A stretch of DNA of 64,000 bases from Zygnema circumcarinatum SAG 698-1b (taxonomy: Eukaryota; Plantae; Zygnematophyceae): NCBI GenBank assembly GCA_037447605.1, contig CM074805.1, positions 3,195,361-3,259,360 of the forward strand, read 5' to 3'. A model generated the notes under the pieces. That model was given only the letters and a program-made list of their open reading frames with translations, was not told the origin of the DNA and ran no database searches. Position 1 is the first letter of the stretch, and each line of letters opens with the position of its first letter. A program made the translations under genes and the position numbers. This document shows, piece by piece, positions 35,674 to 47,560 of the stretch.

Positions 35674-37366
35674 GCTCTAGAACTATTGCAAACTACTCAC
35701 AAAGATCTTCGACGAGCATTCAAACCATCAAACTGCTTGCAATGAAGAGAAAAAGCACATATACGGCTTCGGCCGTACATGCATTATTTACGGGTTTTCC
35801 AAACCAATTTAAGGGAAACGCCCTTACCTTAGGCCAAATTACCTTATTTGAGGAGGCCTGCTCAACGGCTCTCAAATTTGAGGCGTCGCAAAAGGCGCTT
35901 CGCGATTTGAAGCGTGCGTCCGAGTGCTTCGAGCTGCTTGACGGAAACCACGAGTAAAAAGAAGGGAGGGAGGGAGGGACAGGAATATCACTCGGCCTCT
36001 TCTTGCGTTTGCATTCAGGTGCAACCGCATGGTGATATGGTGCCGTACTTTATGCAGTGCCGCAGTGCAGCTTTGAATGTACGTGTACATTGCAATCGTT
36101 TCTTGCCGTGGCCAACGAAGTGCCTTCGGACTTTTGAAGGCAAATGACGAGCCTGAATGAGACGAATGGGAAAAGGTATACTTTAGCTCGTATGAGAAAG
36201 TCATGTTTTGAAACAGACAAGAAGGAAAATTTTCCTCCGCATCACATTTTAAATGGTTGAACTGCCGGAGCTGCCAGACTTACAGGCTATACTGGGAGCA
36301 ACTGATTGACTTACCTACAGAAATGGGTCAGTCTGATGTATACACATTATAATGACACTGTCGGAGAGAGCTTCAACGCCATGACATTGAAGCTGTAAGA
36401 AGGATGTGCACTTGCATCTCATTCTGACCGTGTTTACATCCCTTCTGAGAATTGAAACCTGATCGCTAGCAGAGAGTTACATATGTAATCAGTTAAGTTC
36501 CAACATTTCAAAACCACTTGCACCAAGATCAAGCACAGCGTTCTTCGGCGATTTCGAAAAATCAAGCATACTAATTGGAACAAGTTATTACAAGTCTATA
36601 CAAAAAGTTTTCAGCAACACTTTTACTTGAGAAAGGTAGATTAGGTGTTCAAGTAGATGTAAAATATATTTGAAATTTGCTGCTGAATACGCGGCAAGAG
36701 CGACAAAGCAGCATAAAGCTTAAAGAAGTTTTGATTCAGCAAAAAGCATATTTCGAGAATAGGTGACAAAACAAAAGCTGGGCAACAATCTTATTTATCA
36801 TGACAGTGCGGCCAACGCCGGATTACAGTAATAGAGGTTGTTACCATGAGATGGTAAAAATACAAGTGACGGTACCACCGCTAAGCTACCACCGCTAGCC
36901 GACAAGTCTTTAACAACTGTCCACACTGTGATGTTCCGTCCTTACTCTGTAAGAATACTCGATTGAACGGACAGGAAAACTTGATTGGCAATATGAAGAT
37001 AAATGGGCAAGCTGTCTTTTGGTTTTACCAGTAGTTGCTCGACTGAGTCTGCAAACCACTCCTGTATTCTATTCTATAAACTATGGTCTATTCTATGGAC
37101 CCCCAAAGTCTCGAAACTCAGGCTGGAAGCTGGCTGAAGCTGGAAAGAAATTTTCTTAAAAAAATTTGAAGCATTTATAGATGAACCAATGTGTGCTTTG
37201 GTAAAACACTCAGATGATGAAACCATGTAGATGCAGGCCAGTTGTGGTTTACTTGTTGCTATAATTGACCGATGCCGTTTATGTCATTTGCTGTGGCAGG
37301 AGAGTCTTCTTCACTCGTCACTGTTGATTCGCTGAATGGCAGCTATTTACTAGGCGATTCATTAAA

Positions 37367-40300
37367 ATGGAACTACCCTTGGTGGCGACACCCCCATTCT
37401 CCCGCAGCATTTTGTCTACTGATAGTGCTGAGCAAACTGGCCTCCTTGGACAGTCATGGACTCCACCAGTGCTGCTTTCTCCTCTGGATATAGGTTCTGG
37501 AGAAAGGCCTTCCTCTTTGTCTTCAAAGCCCGGCCGTGATGGTGACAGAACCACCAAGAAGCGCTCTGTCAACAAAAGGCTGGAGGATTCGTTACTCCTT
37601 TGCACAACTGAAAAGAAGAGGTTAACTTTCAAGTTAACCGAAGCTGAGGAGACACGGCATCAACTGTCGTTTGACAGCCCAGAGGAACATAAAAAACTAT
37701 TCGATTTGGGGCCCGCAAAAGGTTCGCATGTGTATCTTCTTAGGGGTGCAAATCAGGAGTCTGCCCAGTCCAGACGATATGCTTTTCACTCTTTTTAGAG
37801 ACGCATTCAGATTTGTCCAGTTGTCATCAGCGTATTTGCTGAAATGAGCGTTTTGACGATTCTCATGCAACCAAGTTCGTCGTCTAGCAGCCAAATTGAG
37901 CTATGAAAGTAAACTTGAGCCACGTTGAGTTATTTCTTTTTGCTTTTACTTCGGAGATAAGAGAACTGCTGGCAATTGTACTGCTTTTCTTTATTGGCTT
38001 CTGACATGATTCCATCAAAGGGAGTGGATTTTCAGGGCAACAAGAAGAGCAGGAAAATACTTTGGAGAAGGAAAGAATCTGGGAGCGGCAGAATTTTAAG
38101 GGAAAGCAAAATCTTCAGCAATTCGATGGGTAAGTGAAAAAGCTGGGATACAATTTAATATCAGCATTTAACTTTAAAATGCCTTTAACCCATTTGTGCT
38201 ATTAAGATTCAGGAGCATTTTTTTTTTTTTTACAATACAACCTTAGCATGAAAGGTTCAACGACCTTCCAGTGACGCCATCTGCCATCGCACGTCTCTCA
38301 TTTTCTTTTGGACTTTTGGGTCCTCTCCCTTTAGCTGAATTTTGTATCCTATTAGCATCAGCTGAAGGAGTCTAGTTTATCTGTAGAGCTTGCCTCCTTT
38401 GTCAATCTGGACTAATCTGTAGTCTACCAGTCTCTTTGAAAAGCTTCCACCCTTTTACCTTGACATAAAGTAAACGAATGCCAAACCTCGTGCAACTGTG
38501 AATGGTCTTACTCACCTTTAGAAAGTTTGTCACTGTTGAATGGACTGCGCCACTCGTTTTTTTGTATGACTATGCAAATGCACTGTAAGCCAGCCAGGCA
38601 GAGAGCGTTATTAACTGTAGGACGCTGCTGGGACTTCTCATTAGCCAGTTTTCATGGCTGGAGGTAACTTGCATGTCGTTTCTTAATTGTTGCAAAGAAA
38701 CTTATTGACTTTCCTTTCACATGACCTGCAGAAGTTCAAGCTTTCCAAACGAAATTTATCCAAAGGAAATTAGTAGTCGCAAACGTAAATCATCCCCCTC
38801 AATTTTGGCAGCATTTGGCCCCCATGCGAAGCAAGATCGTCGCGAGTTTCACTTTAATCGCCATCCTCCCTCTACCATTCGCCATTTGTCCGGAAGAACA
38901 CAAGCCCAAGTTTGTCCTCAGCAGCTTTTTGTCTCCCAATTGCCAGAAGATACTGAGGACAGGAAGCTTAAGCCCCAACTTGCTTGGCAGGCAGTGGCCA
39001 TGGCTCCTCAGGGAGAAGATGCCATGCATGCCAAGCCTCAAGTGATAGCTAAAGATGCTAAGGCATCTGTTGAACGACAAGGGCCTTCTACCGTAAGGAC
39101 CATAGGGGCCACCAAAAGTAACAGCGCAAGTCTGTCTCCCGAATCAAGCACAGATATTTGTCGACGGGCTCTTGACGATGTAGAAGAGGCACTGAAGAAA
39201 AAAAAGGAAAGGTGCAGTGATCTGCTTCAAGAGGTGTCTGTGACGGAGCTTCATAAGCTCTCCAGGGACCAACTGGAAGCCTTAGAAGCAGCATTGGAAG
39301 GGAGAAATTTGTTCATTACCGGCAGGTACTTAACACATCAATTTTCCAGCGAGAATAAATTTGTCTTTGGCTTCCTTGGCTATTTCAAAATGTAAGATGT
39401 TGTGTTGAAACACTTTCTTCCCCTGAATCTGCAAGGGTAGACCAGCGATCTTTTCTATGACATTTTGTAAGCCCTGAAGGAGCTTTATGTTTGCATGCTT
39501 TCAGTGCAGGGGTGGGAAAGAGCTTTCTGGTGGCCACCATTGTGGATGCTCTGAAAGGACAGGGCAAGCAAGTGGAGGTGACCGCCTCTACAGGTGCCCT
39601 CTTTGCTCCCACTCTCTCTTCCTTGCAATATAGGATCTGCAGCTCGAGCTTGTGAAAACTCCCTTTTGGCAGGGCACTGTGTAGGCTGATTGCTCTCCTT
39701 GCAATTGCATCCTCCTCTTCAAAACCTTCGGTATGTTGCTGGTTAAGTGGTCAGTATCAACAGCCTGACCCTCTGTCGCTTGATAATTCTCGCAAATTAA
39801 GTCGCTGAGAAAATTCGTTCACCAGATCACCTGAATTAGTTAGCTACTCTCTCGTCTTGCAATTGGAGGTTTGCTGTTTTGCAGATTGCAAAAATTACTT
39901 GAACATTTCAGTATGATCTGCTTCACGAGTTTGGCTGTACCGGCTTTGATCTGTTTCCCCTCGAGTTTCCAAACACTTCTATTTTGACGCCAGGGCGTTC
40001 AAAACATGTGTTCCTCATTTTCCTCCTCGCTCTTCTTTTACAATAATTTCCAGGAATCGCGGCAGTCAGTGTTGGCGGTACAACACTTCACGCATTTGCC
40101 GGTATTGGATTGGGAGAGCAGCCAAAGGAGCGGCTTGCCAAGCTTGTGGAGAGCAAGTGGGCGAGAGAACGCTGGAAAGCAGCTGATGTTCTAGTCATCG
40201 ATGAGATCTCCATGATCAGCCAAGATGTTTTTGAAAAGGTACATTTATCTTTTCAGAACTTTGTGTTACCAGTTGCTCAGAACCGCTATGAAGACCAGAC

Positions 40301-42704
40301 ACAATGTAGAGTCGATAAATCTGCATCTATCTTGTGTTGCAAGTACGACGACGAGTTGCATCAACTTTACACCTTATACTCCTTCAAAATCCAAAATGCT
40401 ATAGCCTCATGGCACTATGGTTTACGGGCGCATAACAGGTGGAATTTGTGGCACGATATGTGAGGGGTTGGGGAGAGGACCCAAAAGTGATGCACCCAGC
40501 GCCGTTCGGCGGTATTCAAGTCATTGCAGTGGGAGACTTCTTCCAGCTTCCCCCCGTCAGTAAGGGCAGGGCGCCCGCCCCATTTTGTTTCAAGAGTGAA
40601 GCATGGACCAGCTGCAGGTTTCTAGCAGTGGAACTCACAACAGTGTTCCGCCAATTAGACAACAACTTCATTGAAATTTTGAACTCCCTTCGCAGGTATG
40701 GACCTCCTGCATTGCCTGAGGCATAATCCAAATTGGGCATATTCTGGTAAACATGGGGCGGCTTCCTTTATCATTCATGATTTGAATGAAGCTTTCATTA
40801 CAATTCTGTTTTCCCCGACAGCTTCACCACAATGCACTCGTGTATTTCCACACTTTGCTGCTCCCTCTTTCTCCCTCTTTCTTTCTTTCTTTTCACTTTC
40901 TGGTGCGCATTCATCCCTTGTTTGAAGCAGGGGAGTTAAGTCTTCGGCTATTATTCGTCAACTTCGGCAATGCAGGCGTACACTGCCGATAGAAGGAGGG
41001 GTCCTCCCGACTGTGCTGTACCCTCATAGGAAGTGCGTTGCGGGTGAAAACAAGAGCTACTTTCAGAGTCTGCCCGGGCCAGAGCAGGTGTTCTATGCGG
41101 AGGACAGGGCCCCCGAGCCATGGCGGTCCAAGCTCGACAAAGACATGCAGGCCCCCCCAGTGCTGCCGCTCAAACTGGGCACTCAGGCACGCTTCCAACT
41201 GTCTGGAAAAAGGGATACATTTCTTCGGCAGCTGTGAGCATTGCGCATCTGTCTGCATTCCTTGTCTTCGAGTGTCCACGAGCCCGCGCTTTTACTGAAA
41301 CTTGGATAGTGTTTGGCTTGCAGGTAATTCTGCTGTGCAATTTGAATGTCGACGACGGATTAGTTAATGGATCTCGAGGTGTGGTAGTGGGCTTTGAGGA
41401 GTGGCGGGGCAGCGAAGGAGTTCTGCAGGAGGAAGAGAGGAGAAATTTCTTTGGGAGGTGGCTGCATCGTCACCGACAGCTGCCCCGCGTGCAGTTTGCA
41501 GCAGGGCCGTCCCTTCTTATCACCCCACACGTGTGGGACCTTTCGGTCAACGGTAACGAAGAAAAGGTAAGTGTTGGGTGACTTCTAGTCAGTGTACAGA
41601 ACTTTCGTCTCTTAGAAGTCAAGTTTCAGTTAAAGTTTTATACTTACAAGAGGGTTCCGCTTTGCTATTCAATTCTTTTGCTCGGACAGAGCCAAATAGT
41701 AATTATGCAGTAGGTTATCGCGTGGTTTAAATAAAGAACAAGGGTAGCAACGAAGAAACTTAAAACAAATCTGAAATGCGCTGTATTTGAGGTGGTGCTG
41801 CTTCTTCTATGCTGGGGCTGAGCACCTTCCAAGAAGGGATTGCCGTTCCTTGCCATCGCTGCTCCATGAGAACGAAACTATCTTTTATTTGCAATACATT
41901 TTGTGCATGCAGATATTCCGGATTCAAGTCCCGCTGGCTTATGCATGGGCTCTGACGATACACAAGTGCCAAGGCATGACCTTGGATCGCGTAAGAATGA
42001 ATCTTGGCCAGGTGGGCCCATTGCTCACTGCCAGGATGATGCTGGATATGTGAAATGAGATAAATGTCGACTTTTGGGGTTTAAGGTTTAGGGTTTAGGG
42101 TTTCGGGTTTAAGGTTTAGGGTTTAAAGCGCAGGGTTCAGGGTTTTAGGTCCATGGCGGCGTACCTAACGCGGCGGGGCTTGCAGGTCTTTGAGGACGGG
42201 CAGGCTTACGTGGCTTTATCGAGAGCTCAGTCCCTGGAAAGTATACAACTCGACGATTTCAATCCAAGCCGCGTTACTGCAAACAAAGAGGTTCTCAAAT
42301 TCTACTCAGTAAGGCCATTGGGATTCAATGCCCCCCCTCCTGTCCAGCCCGCCTTGTCGTTTCCAGGAGAAGCAGCTGCCGTCACCCCTTCACTCTCCAC
42401 GCTTACTGCATGATGCTCGCCTTCCTTGCAGAAATTAAAACATTTGGAGGAGTTGCCGGTGTTCTCACAAGGGCCAGAGTTGGGCCCATACGGTTGGCCC
42501 ATAGCGGTCGACATGTCTCTGCAAGAAATGGTTCGAGCATCATTTCGAAGCGCTATTGCGACCACGGTCGACCGGGTCGATGTTGAGTACGTGAGGAGGG
42601 GCGTCATGCGGCTGGTCGAGGAGGCGCTGGCAGAGAGCGTGGCGGAGTACAGCGGAGGTGAAGGGGGGATGCAGCCATTGCAGCCCAGACCGTGGCCCCT
42701 TTGA
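37367..42704 (+). CDS. PIF1: PIF1-family (SF1B) 5'-3' DNA helicase with a long low-complexity N-terminus
   Basis: Spliced motifs are LFITGSAGVGKS (Walker A), VTASTGIAAVSVGGTTLHAFAG, VLVIDEISM, PFGGIQVIAVGDFFQLPPV, QVPLAYAWALTIHKCQGMTLD and GQAYVALSRA. Upstream exons (37367-37721, ~38040-38129) join the 38732 exon in phase. The start codon is less certain than the helicase core. Confidence 0.9.
42072..42149 (+). repeat. Degenerate interstitial telomeric array (TTTAGGG type) in a PIF1 intron
   Basis: About 11 units: TTTTGGGG TTTAAGG TTTAGGG TTTAGGG TTTCGGG TTTAAGG TTTAGGG TTTAAAG CGCAGGG TTCAGGG TTTTAGG. Confidence 0.85.
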
Positions 42705-42744
42705 CTCTTGCGGGTAAGGTAAATCGAACTCGATATTTGGGCGC

Positions 42745-42824
42745 ACCCACGTAAGGATTCAAACCCGGGTATCGCCAACGCCAATGGAGCAGCAGGTCTT
42801 ACTCAGCTCTCACTGAGATAGCCT
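42745..42824 (-). mobile_element. Possible tRNA-derived SINE head or tRNA pseudogene remnant
   Basis: The minus strand has an A-box-like TATCTCAGTGAGAGC (42820-42806) and a B-box-like CCCGGGTTTGAATCC (42769-42755), one mismatch from CCCGGGTTCGAATCC. No convincing cloverleaf. Confidence 0.35.
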
Positions 42825-43299
42825 TGATGTTGGGAGAGCAGAATGGCGTGGTGTATGGGTACGCTAATTGTGTCAATAACTATCTTCAAAACTGACTTTT
42901 TCTGTGTAGCACATAGTTATAGATGCAAGCATTAAAATATATACCGCATTGGCGGTATGGATAGGAGGTAGGTAGACAGGTATAGGTAGGAGGTGTTTAG
43001 CTTCGTCAATCTGTACATAGTGTTCTCACTGTAGCTATCCTCTTCAGACAACAGCGCGTACGGAACGAATGACTTCAACGAGAGGATTGCCCTAAACTGT
43101 GAAACGTGTTTTGGCCTCCTCGTCCAGCTCGTCATTTCCGGCTATCAAACTTGATCGTGGCCGAGAATTACCTGCGTGCCCAGCCTCTGAGCAATGCGGC
43201 ATCCTCTCTCTGCGCAAGGCGTGGTTCGGAGAGAGAAAGATGGCGAAAGTTTGCCCCGCGTGGTTTCGCCTGCGGGCGTCCGTGACCTTCGGACATCGG

Positions 43300-44230
43300 G
43301 AGTAACCCCCCCAGTAACCGCGCGGGGCGGGAGGGCAGCGACGTGACAGCATGCGATTGGTACACGCCCGATTCCTAGTCAACGTTGCGTGGACCTCTGG
43401 GCGCGACTTCGTTGTGCTAAACGCAGACGTGGCAGCCACGTCGGCGCCACGTTGGCAAAACGCGCCCTCATGGATCCCCTTCCCCGCGTCGCCCGTGACG
43501 GCGAACCGCTCCATGGAGTCCCGCCCGCCCCGGCCCGCCCTGCGAGGGCCGCCTCCGCAATCCCCGGAGCGCGCCACCGACCGTACGGCAGGCGGGCGGG
43601 AGGGCGGGCGGTTGCCGCCCCCCCGTGGTCGGTCGCTGTCTTCCCGCGCGGGCCGCGCCGGGCCGTACCGCAACCGCCGCCGCCGCCGCGATATTTGGGC
43701 CCGGCGGTGTCGGCGCGCCCCGCCACGTCATCCGACAGTAACCGCCCGTCCGTACGGCCCGCCCGCCGGTCCGCGGCGGTTGCCGACAACGGCGAGGCTG
43801 CCGTAACCGCCACGGAAGCCGCCACGTCAGCACGGGTGGGCCCTACCGCCCCCGCCGCCGCGCGGCTGACGTCGACTCGCCTTTGACCGCGCCACGTGGC
43901 ACACCGAGAAAAAGGCCACGTCGCCCTGCCCCGCGCCCGCAGGCCAGCCGCGTCATCCGCCTCCCAGCGACCGACCCCGTCGCAGGGTGGCCCTACGACG
44001 CCTCTCATTGGCTTGTGCGCGTCGCAGGAGTCGTGCGGCAATATCTGGCGACCCCGCGTAGAAGGTTCCGGTCCCGCGCCCTTTCCTCCCGCCCTCCCGC
44101 CCTCTCTCTCCCGCCTGCCAGCGCGCCCTCCCGCCCGCCCGCTGGCTGCCTTCCAGCACACGGCGCGGCAAAGGTCGGGACGCCGCCTCTCCTGCGTCCG
44201 CATAAGGAGGGATTAGGGTTCTGGAGGAGC
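43300..44230 (+). promoter_or_regulatory. GC-rich, CpG-island-like promoter of the DCD gene with clustered ABRE/G-box, DRE and GTAC motifs
   Basis: ACGTGGC or its complement occurs at 43427, 43435, 43446, 43722, 43821, 43891 (palindromic GCCACGTGGC) and 43915. RCCGAC occurs at 43576, 43782 and 43970; CCGTAC at 43581, 43663 and 43750; a reverse CCAAT at 44007. Confidence 0.65.
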
Positions 44231-44973
44231 TTCTTCTTCAAGCAGGACCGAGGGGTGGAGGACGGGCGCGTCTGGTGACGGTGCGGAGGGAGGAGCAGGC
44301 AGAGAGGACAGGAGGAATCCGAGGGGAGGTAGAGAGGGGAGGGAGGCTGGCAGGGGGAGTGGTGGAGGAGGGAGGGCAGGGGAGAGAGATCAAGGGCGGG
44401 GCTCTGGCGTACAACAGGGTGGGAGAGGAGGGGGGGAAGGGGCGGGGCACGAGGGGGGAAGTGTCTCAGGGAGGGAGGGAGGGCCCGAGGGGCATGTCTG
44501 ACCGCGTGCGAGGATTTGGGACCTTTGACGCGCACCACTTCTCCTTTCAAGGTTGGATGCTGCGCTATTGTCGAGGCTGTTTCGACTGTTGCAGTCTTTT
44601 GGGCAGTCTGCGCTTTAGTTTCGTGTGCTTTTTTTGGTGTTTTCTCAGCTGGGAATGATGCAGGGGAGCGTGGCGGTGCCCGGAGGTTAGGTTAGGGGTT
44701 GGGCAAGGTTCTTGTCATGGCTTCAACTTACGAAATACAGACAAATTCCTTTGCCTTAGTCTTACTGGTGTCTTGAGCAGCTCAGAAGGAAGCGCATCTA
44801 CCTTTTGTCCCCTTGCTGCATGTGGTAGAATCTGCATATCATGGATACGGGAACCCGAATTGTCATTTTCGTGTGTCGTTCGAGATATTTTTTTGAGAGG
44901 TCAGTTGCAGCAGCATGTTGCCTCGTGCATTTCTAACCTCCGGCCATTATGGACGGTGTATGCATGTCAATCC

Positions 44974-47560
44974 ATGGGAGCAGAAGAACAGCTGGCTCCT
45001 CCGTTATACTTGGAGCAGAAGGGGGGTAGTGGAGGGCTGGGAGGAGGGAGGTTCCCCTTTGCGGACTCCTATTTCCCCCAGCGGCCGACTTCTTCCTTTC
45101 CAATTATTGACATTTGGGGGGAACCGCAAAGGTGGGTTGCTTACATCTACTCGAATTAGTATATCTGTTGGATGTAGAGGGTGTGCATATGAAGGGTTGC
45201 TCCATTCTTGTTTGCTCTCTGCAGCATGGTTCTTACGGCCGTCAGAGCGAGATTAGGGTTGAGGAATGGGAGAGAAGGGGACTATGTGATAGGAATGCAT
45301 GGGACCTTTTAGGGTTTCTGGTTTTAGAATAGAGGAGAAACCAGGGCTTGTATGGTGTAGGCGCACATAATCCCTGGCTCTCTGTGCCTAGCCATCGTTT
45401 TCTTCACTATTTTCTGTCGAAAGGTCCGAAAGATCTTTTAAGGAAGGTTTCAGGATGCAAACGAATGGCAGCTCATGGAAGAATTGGTGAGTGGCAAGGA
45501 GGAGGATGCTAATGTCTGGAAAGAATTCGTTTGTTGGGCTGGAAAAAAAATGCAGGCTTCAAACTGGACCGACTCAGGCAATGACAGGGGTGTTCACTGG
45601 GAACCCGCCGTTCCAAGTGTCGCCTCCCAGTCTTGACAAACGCTTCAAATCGCTGCCGCCGGCAGAGGCCCTGCCCAGAAGCGAACCCTTGGGAGGGTAT
45701 ATTTTTGTTTGCAACAATGATACCATGGAGGAGAATTTGAAGCGGCAGCTTTTTGGTGAGCATTATAACTACTACTGAACCTTGAGACTCGGTATTTTAA
45801 GGGGAAAGCAGAGTTTGATGGGAGATGGGTTGTTCGGAACAATTAGGGTAAGATTGTGAGGTTTCTGGGTGGAGACTGAGTAGGTTGGCTGGTAAGCTAG
45901 GCGAGGTCAGACTAGGTAGGACCAGTAATTAGGGTTTGACTTTTACTGGTTTGGTTCCTCATCTTGCACGTTCAGAATTTGTGGTCGTAAGTTGGTGGAA
46001 GCTTTCCTGAAGCTCTTGAATGATTTGGAAGAGCTTTGAATGTGTAGTTGGAGGTACAGGATGTATGGCAGGAATAAGCAGCTTAGCGCAGTTGTTGGAA
46101 AAAAGAAGTGTAGCGTCTATCTAGAGGATCAGCGTCTCCGGTGCTGTAGAGAAGTGGAGGCGTTTGGAGAATGTTGCTGAACTAATCTTTCTCTTAAATG
46201 AGCGTTAAAGTTGCGATTAATCTCAACTGGCTTCACGAATCGTCATTGCCCTAGTTTTCGAGCTGTCATAAGATAGCAGAGAGTATTTCAGTTTTGTGTA
46301 GTTTTTAACACTAAGTTTTTGCTTAGTGTTACAAATTGCACAGGTTGACGAATGACCTTAGTCTGGTTCGTTAAAACTACTTGGCAGTAATTGAACTCTT
46401 GCTCTTTGAGTTTTGCAGGCTTGCCTCAAAGGTATCGGGATTCAGTCAGAGCAATTCAGCCAGGGCTTCCATTGTTTTTGTACAATTACACATCACACCA
46501 GCTGCATGGCATTTTTGAGGTGAGCGAAGTTCTTGTTCAAGATTGTTAGCCGGCAGAGCTCTTTTACCTAGTTCTTTTCTGCTGTATTTTTTCTAAGTAT
46601 TGTGGCTATAGTCATTGCTCGCGATTCGACGATCATTATTAGAGTGCATTTGGAGAGGTAATGGTGCATTTGGTGCAATTGTCATTCCTCACGTTCTGGA
46701 TGTTTTTAAGATTTTGCAATTGACTCCCGAAGCTCCTCTCTCTTGGTGCATGTCTATGCAGGCGAGCAGTTTTGGTGGATCTAACATAGACCCGACTGCC
46801 TGGGAAGATAAGAAATGTCCGGGAGAGTCGCGCTTCCCTGCTCAGGTGAGACCCTTGGATAGAATTTGTCCAGGAGTAAGAGATAGGAGGTACAAGTTGC
46901 ACAGGCAAAGCATGGCAAGGGAGGTAAGGAACTTTCCAAAGCTAGGGTTCTTGTTATAGCGGGGACATGCACATGCTTTTTGTCGAAAGAGGAGGACGAC
47001 TTTGTTAGGTGCAACTCGAACAGTAAGCTTTGCATGGAGAGTTCACAGAGTATCTGAACTCGGTTACTTGAAATGACTGATGCAGGTCCGGATTCGAATC
47101 AGGAAACGCTGCAAGGCACTGAACGAAGAACAATTTCGACCCGTTTTGCACCACTACGACGGACCTAAATTTCGGTTACAATTATCAGTACCAGAGGTGA
47201 GGTTTTAAGTTTTGTTGGGATATTCATGCAATGGTGAAGGTCAGATCAAGCGATAAGTGACAAAATGTTTAGCCTGCCAGTGTGGGGGAATGAACGATTT
47301 GGGTGCTCCATTGACCTGTTCAGAGCTGTCTTTAGGATTTGACATTGCTTTCTCATTTTCCAAACTTGAACTCCACGCCTTCATGTGTGTGGCATGGTCC
47401 GGGCAAATGAGTGACGAGCTATGTCGTGGTCTTTTTCTGAGTGCAGACATTGAGTCTTTTGGACCTTTTTGAAGAACGCGACGGTCCGGAAACACCTCCT
47501 CAGCAGGAGAGTCCCCATGGGGGAGTGCCACGAGGGGACGCACCTTTCAATTTTGGCTGA
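44974..47560 (+). CDS. DCD (development and cell death) domain protein, NRP/B2-like
   Basis: Seven exons join in phase: MGAEEQLAPP...EPQR|MQTNGSSWKNW|...DKRFKSLPPAEALPRSEPLGGYIFVCNNDTMEENLKRQLFG|LPQRYRDSVRAIQPGLPLFLYNYTSHQLHGIFE|ASSFGGSNIDPTAWEDKKCPGESRFPAQ|VRIR...LHHYDGPKFRLQLSVPE|TLSLLDLFEE...NFG*. Confidence 0.92.

Noticed and set aside
35855-35915. Cell-cycle-like elements (AACGG, TTTGAA) in the PIF1 upstream region
   Set aside because: The matches are short and imperfect and are expected by chance; the TSS is unknown.
35619-35957. 112-aa ORF overlapping the right foldback arm
   Set aside because: It begins inside the repeat, has no known motif and overlaps the likely PIF1 promoter.
37367-42704. 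PIF1 as a Helitron RepHel gene or as cargo of the adjacent TIR element
   Set aside because: There is no Rep/HUH domain or Helitron 3' hairpin-CTRR. The gene is intron-rich, resembles cellular Pif1 and lies outside the inverted arms.
43092-44550. Many overlapping Arg/Pro/Ala-rich ORFs up to 274 aa
   Set aside because: Stop-codon depletion at very high GC gives ORFs in all six frames. The region is better explained as the DCD promoter and leader.
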